IMG/VR virus record: IMGVR_UViG_3300044673_000278
Coordinates: 1-64,000 of that record
Source: a virus
Lineage: Duplodnaviria; Heunggongvirae; Uroviricota; Caudoviricetes
DNA length: 64,000 bases
Direction: 5' to 3' (one strand)
Shown in pieces: positions 45,109 through 53,073 of this stretch. Both the position numbers and the translations under genes were made by a program. Every line of letters begins with the position of its first letter. Position 1 is the first letter of the stretch. Under the pieces are notes generated by a model. That model ran no database searches, had not been told where the DNA came from, and saw nothing but the letters and a program-made list of their open reading frames with translations.

Positions 45109-45562
45109 TTTGTTGTTCCTTTGTGAGTTTGCATACCAGTTGGAACTGTTCGTAGGCATCTCGAACAGCAGGATGTGCCATTAATTTGTCAGCCTCGTCT
45201 TGCATAGCCTGAATGCCTGCTTCAGCAAGATCCCGAGTGCTTGAGAAAGTCAAACTAAAGAATTCGTCGCCAAATGCAGCTTTCATTTCTTCCCAGGCAG
45301 CACGTTGGCGCTCTGTGATAGGATGCTCTTTGGGTCGGGCTTCGCTTTCTTTATACATAGCGGCGCAGATAGCATCTTCGGCCACACGCCCGGCAGCAAT
45401 CATAGCAGCATAGTTGGGATCTATTCCGTAGCGGCGACTGGCGCCGCCTGGGTAGACCATTACTAGATGTGCGCCCTTGGGAAAGCTATCCAACAGCTCG
45501 TTGTCATATTCGCTCACAGGCACGTACCTGCGGCCGCGTTTTTCGTAGAAAATCTTTTTCAT
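45095..45562 (-). CDS. hypothetical protein
   Basis: Start MKKIFY by ATGA overlap. Confidence 0.65.
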   Translation of the reverse strand: MKKIFYEKRGRRYVPVSEYDNELLDSFPKGAHLVMVYPGGASRRYGIDPNYAAMIAAGRVAEDAICAAMYKESEARPKEHPITERQRAAWEEMKAAFGDEFFSLTFSSTRDLAEAGIQAMQDEADKLMAHPAVRDAYEQFQLVCKLTKEQQNGHS

Positions 45563-45957
45563 TGATAATCTCGGTCCACACCAATATTGGCTAGGCCAGC
45601 AACGACTTGGAAACGATCCCAAGCGTCTTTGGCCGCAGGGTTGCGTTCTAGTTCAGATTCGGGCAGCACAGTTTCCAACCAGTATTCGGGTCTGCGTCGG
45701 GGATATGCACCAAACTTGCGGGGCTGGTGAATTTTGCCTTCTCCCCACAGTAGCATGACTACAGACTTTACGTCATCGTGCTCCAGTCCTTCCCATTCGG
45801 GATTGAAAGTGGTGTACCCTGCCCAAATACTTTCCCACTGTGCATCCACTGTGGGATCAAAGTCGGTGCGAGTGATCAGCACCAGCACATCGTCGATGTT
45901 TACTCGACCTTCTACGATGTCACGCACACATCGGGAGAGACTGAGACCAATTTTCAT
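45559..45957 (-). CDS. hypothetical protein
   Basis: IGLSLSRCVRDI...GKIHQPR. Confidence 0.7.
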   Translation of the reverse strand: MKIGLSLSRCVRDIVEGRVNIDDVLVLITRTDFDPTVDAQWESIWAGYTTFNPEWEGLEHDDVKSVVMLLWGEGKIHQPRKFGAYPRRRPEYWLETVLPESELERNPAAKDAWDRFQVVAGLANIGVDRDYQ

Positions 45958-47339
45958 ACTTTGCTTCCTGCTTCAAAGTCGCGGAATCTCAAGAATCGCG
46001 GGAATCGGAGACTGTAGGTTCCGTCTTGGTTTTGCGTGACGGCATCAGCTTGGACTTCAACCAAGTGGCCCAATAGATCATTCCTTGCGATCCAATACTG
46101 ATCCCTGTCGCTATCAGACAAACCGCTACCAACATTAACACGAATACGACGTCCATTGTCTTCTCCTTCACAAATTATAGCACCCAACCTATTTAAATTG
46201 CGACCGGTGCCTTCTTCAAAACCCACAATGGTCAGGTCCACAGTGATTGTGGGTTTCCACTTCATCCAAGCATCTGTTCGCTTGCACCGATAGGGTGCAG
46301 TCAAATCCTTGATCATGATGCCTTCATAGCCTTGCTCCACACTGGCGTCAGCGAACCTACGCATGACATCATGCCCTTCGGCAGTGTCTAAATCTACGTT
46401 CATGCCGGGCATGATACGCAGGCAATCAGTTTGATCGTTGAGGATGCTTTGAGCAGATTCCAACCACTCCAGTCGGCTCTGTTGATCAACTTTCCAGGTG
46501 CCGTCTTTGAAACTGTCCAGGGGAATGATGTCAAAGATATGATACACCATGTTGTCAGTTTTGGCATCTGACTTACGATGTGCCTGGCGCATGAGCTTTT
46601 GAAAGCTTTCGCCCACAATCTCACCGTCCAGCACAAAGTGGCCGCCGGTGCCGCGACCATACTGAAATGCTCGACGCTGATCCAGGATGGCTTCGGCAAT
46701 CTGCGGAAAGTTTGCAAACTCTTTGCCGTTGCGGCTGTACAGTGTACACGAGTTACCACTCACCACTGCCAGCACACGCACACCATCCAGCTTGACTTCC
46801 AGTCGGCGAATACCACGTAGCTTTTTGGGGTGATCCGAACTGTCCTGTGCCAGCTGGCAACCAAACACAGGAATAGCCCACTCAGTTTTGCCCAGGACCT
46901 TGTTTAGGGTTTTTTCTGAAATACCACAACGTAGGTCTTTGGTAATCACAGGACGGCATACCAAGTTCCACTCGTTGTCGTCAAACAGTTCACTGCACTG
47001 CTCAATGGCATCGCGAGCAGCATGCCCGGTCACAGAACGAGTGCGCAGGCTTTCCAGCAGTGCCCAGAACTTGGGCCAGATGTTGGGACGGTTACTGTGC
47101 CCAGATACTTCGGGTACCTGGCGAACGTGAAATGTGTAGAAAGGATTGTAGGCTTGATAGCAGTTGAACAAGAAACACTGTGCATCGGCACTGCCCAGCT
47201 TGGCGGCCATAAGAGCTTTTTCGATAACTTTTTCCTTGTGGATACGGCTATCAGAACTGGCTAGGTCTTGAATCCAACTGGCACTCATAGCGCCATCAAA
47301 CCTCTCATCACTGAAATCAATTTTGTCGATATCACTCAT
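45954..47339 (-). CDS. ATP-dependent DNA ligase
   Basis: KLDGVR, LDGE, FDI, EGIMIK, WMKWK, SLRFPRF. Confidence 0.95.
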   Translation of the reverse strand: MSDIDKIDFSDERFDGAMSASWIQDLASSDSRIHKEKVIEKALMAAKLGSADAQCFLFNCYQAYNPFYTFHVRQVPEVSGHSNRPNIWPKFWALLESLRTRSVTGHAARDAIEQCSELFDDNEWNLVCRPVITKDLRCGISEKTLNKVLGKTEWAIPVFGCQLAQDSSDHPKKLRGIRRLEVKLDGVRVLAVVSGNSCTLYSRNGKEFANFPQIAEAILDQRRAFQYGRGTGGHFVLDGEIVGESFQKLMRQAHRKSDAKTDNMVYHIFDIIPLDSFKDGTWKVDQQSRLEWLESAQSILNDQTDCLRIMPGMNVDLDTAEGHDVMRRFADASVEQGYEGIMIKDLTAPYRCKRTDAWMKWKPTITVDLTIVGFEEGTGRNLNRLGAIICEGEDNGRRIRVNVGSGLSDSDRDQYWIARNDLLGHLVEVQADAVTQNQDGTYSLRFPRFLRFRDFEAGSKV

Positions 47340-47351
47340 ATATTTAAACTT

Positions 47352-47759
47352 TTACCAGCTGGAATTATAGAACACTTTTAGACCAAGGAACAATTCTGCA
47401 CGAGCATTCTTGATAAACTCAAGATCCTGTTCGCGATAGTACTCGTCTGAATCTTCGCCGAAGAAGAATCCACTGGTACCAGGCAGTTGTCCATGTGTTA
47501 CTGCACGTTCAAGTTCATCAAGGTCTTGCCACGTTAGCTCAAGTTCGTCACCGTTGAAGTCTCCGCTGTTGCCTCGACTTTCCCACAGCCTACGCATCCA
47601 GCCCTGAAGGTTAGGATGTTTACGCCAGTAAGCAATCTCGCGCGGCTTGGCCACCGGAGTATCCCAGTCCTTGGTATCTTCGTTGTAGGTTGCTGTTTCG
47701 TAATGTTCTTCCATGGCACCAGCCTTGGCGGCCACGTATGCGTATTGATCAAGACCCAT
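47352..47759 (-). CDS. conserved phage protein (MGLDQY / YWRKHP)
   Basis: MGLDQY, YWRKHPNLQGWM, GFFFG, YNSSW. Confidence 0.75.
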   Translation of the reverse strand: MGLDQYAYVAAKAGAMEEHYETATYNEDTKDWDTPVAKPREIAYWRKHPNLQGWMRRLWESRGNSGDFNGDELELTWQDLDELERAVTHGQLPGTSGFFFGEDSDEYYREQDLEFIKNARAELFLGLKVFYNSSW

Positions 47760-47911
47760 TTACTTTCCTTGTTGATCTGCACGATAAATGCGTTTGAGCC
47801 AATATTTGTATTTGTTAAAGTAAACTCGAATATCGTAGTTTACTGGTTGTCCGTAACTTTCTGCTTCGGCTTGATGTTCAAGCCATTTTTCGTGTAGCCA
47901 ATGTCTAAAGG

Positions 47912-48187
47912 TCATGCTGCCTCCAACATGCTAGCAGGCACGTTCCAATTGGTATTGCCTTCGCGCACAGTGATGTTCTTGATCTTGACCTTGGCCACAA
48001 CACCAATGTGAACTCGCCCTGTTCGGGGGTGAACAAATTTCACTGTATCGCCGTTCCAGAATTGACGCACATTCTCTTTGGTAATTTGGGCCTTGCGATA
48101 CTTAACTGCATTAAGGATACTCGTCAGTTGATCGTTAGTGAAGTCACCAAACATGATTGCGGAATTAACTTCTTGAATGCTAGTCAT
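47912..48187 (-). CDS. SH3-like hypothetical protein
   Basis: GDTVKF...GVVAKV...WNVPASML. Confidence 0.65.
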   Translation of the reverse strand: MTSIQEVNSAIMFGDFTNDQLTSILNAVKYRKAQITKENVRQFWNGDTVKFVHPRTGRVHIGVVAKVKIKNITVREGNTNWNVPASMLEAA

Positions 48188-48199
48188 TGCAGTTTCTCC

Positions 48200-48541
48200 T
48201 TAGTCAATGTATTCCAAGTCAGAAAGGATTTCGGCGCAAGCGGCCAGTTCGTACTGCTCAATTAGGTTGCTGGTGGGGCTGGTGCTCTGTGCAGGATATT
48301 TGCTCTTGTGCAGAACACGATCCATCATAGTAGAGCGAATGTTTTCGGCTGTGGCATTGCCTTCTTCCAGGGCGGTCAGGATCTGCTTGAGAACTCGGAG
48401 TTTGGCAGCGGCTTGGAAAGCATCAGTGCCCCAAGTGAGTGCATAGGCAGGATCTTTGGCAAAAGCGTCGGTGAACTTGTCCAGGCGATCCTGGCAAGAT
48501 TGTGCTTGATTAAAATAGCGGGCGATCAACTTCTGCGACAT
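48200..48541 (-). CDS. hypothetical protein
   Basis: SD CAGGAG; STSPTSNL motif. Confidence 0.65.
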   Translation of the reverse strand: MSQKLIARYFNQAQSCQDRLDKFTDAFAKDPAYALTWGTDAFQAAAKLRVLKQILTALEEGNATAENIRSTMMDRVLHKSKYPAQSTSPTSNLIEQYELAACAEILSDLEYID

Positions 48542-48573
48542 TTCAAGCTCCTGTTTGTTTACGCTATGTCAAT

Positions 48574-48602
48574 ATTATAGCACTTCGAGAATTTTTGGTC
48601 AA
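48574..48602 (-). promoter_or_regulatory. sigma70-type early promoter
   Basis: TTGACC-17-TATAAT. Confidence 0.85.
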
Positions 48603-48757
48603 ATCTTTTCAAACCACCATCCGTTGAGGCGGAATGTTTCCAGATCGCTGTCATGTGCCCAGGCTTCCATCCACAGGGAGCCGGCTTTCTGAATGTTCAG
48701 GCTAGTGTAGCGCAGGATTTCCAATGCGTCTTTTGTGTAGAACAAAATGCGTGTCAT
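48599..48757 (-). CDS. small hypothetical protein
   Basis: Start MTRILF after AAGGAG. Confidence 0.55.
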   Translation of the reverse strand: MTRILFYTKDALEILRYTSLNIQKAGSLWMEAWAHDSDLETFRLNGWWFEKI

Positions 48758-48786
48758 TGCTGGCTCCTTTTTGCTGAACATGCTGT

Positions 48787-48815
48787 ATTATAGCACGAGA
48801 GCCTTTTTTGGGCAA
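48787..48815 (-). promoter_or_regulatory. sigma70-type early promoter
   Basis: TTGCCC-17-TATAAT. Confidence 0.75.
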
Positions 48816-48825
48816 ATCGCAAAAA

Positions 48826-48843
48826 GTAATACTCAAGTACTAC
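48826..48843. promoter_or_regulatory. palindromic operator-like element
   Basis: GTAATACT-CA-AGTACTAC. Confidence 0.55.
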
Positions 48844-48847
48844 TGTA

Positions 48848-50932
48848 TTAGTTTACAGGTGTAACTGCGTTGGGGGGTGTAACTTCAAGCTGAGTGCTGG
48901 GTGTGATGTCTACTGCCAAACCGGCAGCAGAAAGTTGAGCTTGATTTTCGGCTTCGCGCAAGGCACCGACCACTGCTTGGCCAGTGAGTGTGGTTTGATC
49001 CACAACATTTTGCAAGAATTGGCTAGGACCGCAGGCTTGGTTTTGTGTACCAAATTGACTCAAAGCCTGTGTCAATGCATACACACTGACTTTCTCTCCT
49101 GCCAACAACTGGAAGTAGTCAATGCCGGCTTGATTCTGGTAGCCTTTTTCCCGGTTGAGATAGTTGGCTATGTAGTTCCAATCGGTGTTGAGCACAGTTA
49201 CTTGAGGGTTGGCACTGAGCGCAGCGATAGCAGAATTAGCATTGGCTATTTGTGTAAGCACCCCAGCGTCGTTGACCGCAGACAAAATTGCAATGTACGC
49301 ATTGTTTAGAGCAGTGAGACTGCCAGCGGTTTGCAAAGTATTGACCGCGGTTGTGGCAGTGGTCAAACGACTGGCATAGTCCCAATGATCAATTGCTGTG
49401 CCAATCACATCGCAAATAGTAATAGTACCGTTGGGGCCTGTGCCTGTGGCATTAGCGCTGGCATAACTGGATGCAACAGAACTGGGCACAGCAGAAGAGA
49501 GACTTTCAATCAGCGGCAAGCCAGCCATGGTGCTGAGACCGTCGGGAGTGTATGGTTGCCAGTAGGCGGTGTCAGTGATATTTGTACCCACGGGCACATC
49601 TTGCTGTGCTCTGTAAAAAGTTGTTGTTGGCAACAGTTGTGCCGGTCCAGCAGGAGAAGCCGCTGCCTCGGCAACCACATCATCAACAAGATATGGCACT
49701 GTAGGATCCCAAGCAGTGCGTGGCAGATCAGCAACAGTGGCGGCCAACACAGGGGCAGTGGGTTGATCCACATTGGTTATCTGTTGTAACGCAGACTGAA
49801 AGGCCTTGTTGGCCACAGCTTGATCGGGTGGGATTATCTTGCCTAGTTCATCACAGCCCGACGGTGTAGGCAGAATGGCGTTGACTACCGGAGCCAGTGT
49901 GAGGTTCACTGAGCCGTCGGGTAGGTAAATTGGCATTGGGCCCGATGCTGTAGGCATTTGCAGTGTTTGATAACTGTTGGGGAATATTTTTTGCAAGTTC
50001 AACAGATCCGCTGCGGTGTTGATATTGGGTGTGCTGATATCCAACACAGACAGCACGTCTTGTAAATCTGCACCGGTTACATTAGCAAGAGCTTGATAGG
50101 CAATTTTTTGCAGCTGATCAAACTCTTGTGCAGACAATCCACTGGGATTGAACAAACTCACGCGATTGTCATTGACTAGATTTCGTATTTCAGAATCTGT
50201 TAGTGCTCGTCTACTGTTGGTGTTGTTGGTGTTTTTTAGTTGTGCTACAACGGCTGGTAAAGAACTGCCTGTAGCACCAGACACCAAGGCCAGTTGCTGT
50301 AGCAAGCCTGCAGGTGTGCCAAATAATTCTAATTTTTTTGTGTTTATCAACTGACCTGTGTTGCGCAAATCCACAGCAAAGTCAGGCATGTCAGATGTAA
50401 CCAAACTGATGTTGTTGGTAATCAGGTTGTTCATGTCAGTGAATGTAGGACCGAGATAGGTCTGACTGTTTGACATGCTGTTGATAAAACTGTTTACAGT
50501 GTTTACATAACCCTGCACACCCAAGAATCCCTGTGCAAACTTGCCAACATCACCGTTGCCAAGGTATGCTGAACCAGTTTGTTCAATGAGGTTAGTGAAA
50601 CCTGATGGATCAATAGTGCTGAAATCTGTCACCGTGTTGATTGTGAGATACTCTGCAATCAAGTTTGGATACGAACCCACTGGACTGGCAGGTATGCTGT
50701 TGCCCAGGGCAGGACACACAGTACTACCAATGCTCATGAGTTGATCAAATGTGCTTTCAGTGAAGTAACTTTGTGCTTTGTAAAAGTTCACTGCTGCAAA
50801 GAAGTTTTGCATCACTGTGGTTGCGTTGTACTGATTGATTGCAGACACTAGCGCAGCTGGCAAAGTCTTTAAACCTTGATTGGCCAACAGCCCATTGGCT
50901 GCAATCAACTGCAGAGGTGTAACAATACCCAT
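48848..50932 (-). CDS. putative virion (baseplate/tail) protein
   Basis: Coupled to PAAR gene; A/T/N/Q-rich; AWDP...Y...D.V and YW carbohydrate-binding-like motifs. Confidence 0.6.
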   Translation of the reverse strand: MGIVTPLQLIAANGLLANQGLKTLPAALVSAINQYNATTVMQNFFAAVNFYKAQSYFTESTFDQLMSIGSTVCPALGNSIPASPVGSYPNLIAEYLTINTVTDFSTIDPSGFTNLIEQTGSAYLGNGDVGKFAQGFLGVQGYVNTVNSFINSMSNSQTYLGPTFTDMNNLITNNISLVTSDMPDFAVDLRNTGQLINTKKLELFGTPAGLLQQLALVSGATGSSLPAVVAQLKNTNNTNSRRALTDSEIRNLVNDNRVSLFNPSGLSAQEFDQLQKIAYQALANVTGADLQDVLSVLDISTPNINTAADLLNLQKIFPNSYQTLQMPTASGPMPIYLPDGSVNLTLAPVVNAILPTPSGCDELGKIIPPDQAVANKAFQSALQQITNVDQPTAPVLAATVADLPRTAWDPTVPYLVDDVVAEAAASPAGPAQLLPTTTFYRAQQDVPVGTNITDTAYWQPYTPDGLSTMAGLPLIESLSSAVPSSVASSYASANATGTGPNGTITICDVIGTAIDHWDYASRLTTATTAVNTLQTAGSLTALNNAYIAILSAVNDAGVLTQIANANSAIAALSANPQVTVLNTDWNYIANYLNREKGYQNQAGIDYFQLLAGEKVSVYALTQALSQFGTQNQACGPSQFLQNVVDQTTLTGQAVVGALREAENQAQLSAAGLAVDITPSTQLEVTPPNAVTPVN

Positions 50933-51222
50933 TATCCTACCCTTACATCAGCACTGCCACCTGCACGAGGATGACCGCAAGTATCAGAATCACCTGTTAC
51001 TACAATGGGCTGGCCACCTGCACGTACACTTGCAACACCCCCGGCAGTTTGTTGACTGCCGTTGTTGTGAGCATTACGCCCACGGCGTGGATATGGCGGA
51101 TGAGGAGTAACTGGTTGTGCAGGGATCATCACAGCTTGACCGTTGATTCGTACAGAAGGAACGCCACCTTGTGCTACTCCTCCTCCTGCATTTGAATCTC
51201 CGTTGCGCTGTGCTGCTGGCAT
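50932..51222 (-). CDS. PAAR-repeat spike tip protein
   Basis: SVRING, GD.DTCGH, GSADVRVG. Confidence 0.85.
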   Translation of the reverse strand: MPAAQRNGDSNAGGGVAQGGVPSVRINGQAVMIPAQPVTPHPPYPRRGRNAHNNGSQQTAGGVASVRAGGQPIVVTGDSDTCGHPRAGGSADVRVG

Positions 51223-51223
51223 A

Positions 51224-51532
51224 TTATCCCAATATTAGTTTCTTTTCTGGCACTTTGATGCCAGTTGTTGCTTCTAGGTATTTCATTTTGACCGAGTCAT
51301 CAGTCCTTGATACCAGCGCAACGCTGTTAGTATTTAACCGAATTTCTTCCTTGGGATCAGCAGTAAACAAACTGGGCACCAGTCCCATGCCCTGTGGGCC
51401 AGGAGCAATGCTGACTGGCTCTTCTAGGGTGATCCAGTCGCCGCCGGACATTGTTACTTTGGCTACCATTTCTTCGCCAGAGTTCATTTTGAATGTGTAT
51501 ACTTGATTTGGTTCGAGTGCGATTTGCGTCAT
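51224..51532 (-). CDS. Sm/LSm-like fold phage protein
   Basis: FKMNSGEEMVAK...P...GLVP...YLEATTGI. Confidence 0.65.
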   Translation of the reverse strand: MTQIALEPNQVYTFKMNSGEEMVAKVTMSGGDWITLEEPVSIAPGPQGMGLVPSLFTADPKEEIRLNTNSVALVSRTDDSVKMKYLEATTGIKVPEKKLILG

Positions 51533-51762
51533 ACTGTGCTTTCTGATAATTTGGCTCGTAGCTCCGTGAAACCACCAACAAGCTCTCCGTCAAGGAAAAT
51601 TTGTGGTACTGTGCGAGCTGTTGGCACAGCTTCTAATAGATCTTCTTTGGTATATCCGTCACCAATTTTGCGTTCTTCAAATTCGATGCCTTTGGCTGTC
51701 AACAGGGCTTTGGCTTGATCGCAATAGGGGCAGTGGTACTTGGACCATACAATGGCTTTCAT
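51529..51762 (-). CDS. glutaredoxin
   Basis: CPYC, TVPQIF, GGF. Confidence 0.95.
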   Translation of the reverse strand: MKAIVWSKYHCPYCDQAKALLTAKGIEFEERKIGDGYTKEDLLEAVPTARTVPQIFLDGELVGGFTELRAKLSESTV

Positions 51763-51772
51763 AATATTCTCC

Positions 51773-52876
51773 TTATAGTTCTGGCAATGCATCGTAGTCC
51801 AGCGTGTCGCTCATGACTCCGATCACATAGTTAGTTGATTCGTTTTCCTGCAATGCAGTTTGTTTCTTGCTAGTGTCAACGTGTTTGTTGAACCATGGAA
51901 TGGGTGTAGATTTGGGTGCAGACTCAAGGTACTTGATGCCAATTTCTTTGAGGGCAGCGGCCGCAGTGTAGTCAACAAAGTCTTTCAAAATCTGTGCGTT
52001 GAGACCAATCACTGGCCCAAACTTGAATAGATAATCAGCCCAGGCTTTTTCTTCACGGATAACATCCATGTACATAGCATAGACTTCTGCTCGGCATTCA
52101 TCGGCAATGGCAGCAAAACGTGGATCTTCCTTGACCACTTGATTGATCAAGTATGCAGTCCAACCCTTGTGTAGTAGTTCGTCTTGTAGGATCAAACTGA
52201 TGATGTTGCCGTTGCCAATGAAGATCTTGTTCTCTACCATTGCTAGACTTGTAGCAAATGATACCATAAAGCGGAATGCTTCCAATGCGTAACTTGCGTG
52301 TAGTGCTAGATAGATTGCACGGATGTGTTCTTTTTCTCCCACCGATAGTGGATCAATTTCCTTCTGGCAATTTAATTTGTGCAGGTCGTCATAGTACCGG
52401 CCAACGCTGGAGGCCATGTCTACAATCTCTTTGGTGTCGTGGATGGTATTGAACACTTCCTTGGGCACGTTGTAGATGTTGCGGATAATGTGGCTGTAAC
52501 TGCGGCTGTGAATGTTGGTTTCAAAGAATGTCCAGTTGTAAACTAAACTTTCCAATTCAGGCAGACTTACCACAGGAGTAAAGATTTGACTTGGGCCGCG
52601 ACCTTGCAAACTGTCGAGAGCAGTTTGTCGCAAGAGATTGCTGGTAAAAATGTGTCGCACTGTTTCGCTGGCTTCTTTGAAGTCCACTGCATCTTTGGTC
52701 AATGAAATTTCTTCAGGAACCCAAAAGAATCCGCGGGCAGTTGTTTCAAAGTCTGCAACCTTTTTGTATTTGACTTCTTCAAACCGTTGAATAGTCACAG
52801 GACCAGCAGGATCCAAAAACATCTTGCGATTGAGATAATCTGTTTTTGTTGTTAAGTTGTATTGTTGTTTGCTCAT
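51773..52876 (-). CDS. nrdB: ribonucleotide reductase class Ia beta subunit
   Basis: FWVPEE, LDSLQGR, ETNIHSRSY, DELLH, QENE..NY. Confidence 0.95.
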   Translation of the reverse strand: MSKQQYNLTTKTDYLNRKMFLDPAGPVTIQRFEEVKYKKVADFETTARGFFWVPEEISLTKDAVDFKEASETVRHIFTSNLLRQTALDSLQGRGPSQIFTPVVSLPELESLVYNWTFFETNIHSRSYSHIIRNIYNVPKEVFNTIHDTKEIVDMASSVGRYYDDLHKLNCQKEIDPLSVGEKEHIRAIYLALHASYALEAFRFMVSFATSLAMVENKIFIGNGNIISLILQDELLHKGWTAYLINQVVKEDPRFAAIADECRAEVYAMYMDVIREEKAWADYLFKFGPVIGLNAQILKDFVDYTAAAALKEIGIKYLESAPKSTPIPWFNKHVDTSKKQTALQENESTNYVIGVMSDTLDYDALPEL

Positions 52877-52880
52877 ATCG

Positions 52881-53072
52881 TTACCAATGTCTAATTGTAT
52901 TTGCCATAATAAAGAAGCAGGTTACAATGTGTATTATAACCCAAAATGTCTTGAGCCACAAGGCTATTCGGGCTTCTCGCAAAGTTAGAATGGGAACATC
53001 AGGACGATCATGATCGTCCTTGCCCATGAGGTGGCCAGTGGCTCTGGCCCAGATTTTTTCAAAACTATTCAT
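52881..53072 (-). CDS. small membrane protein
   Basis: KIWARA.G...TCFFIMANTIRHW. Confidence 0.6.
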   Translation of the reverse strand: MNSFEKIWARATGHLMGKDDHDRPDVPILTLREARIALWLKTFWVIIHIVTCFFIMANTIRHW

Positions 53073-53073
53073 A

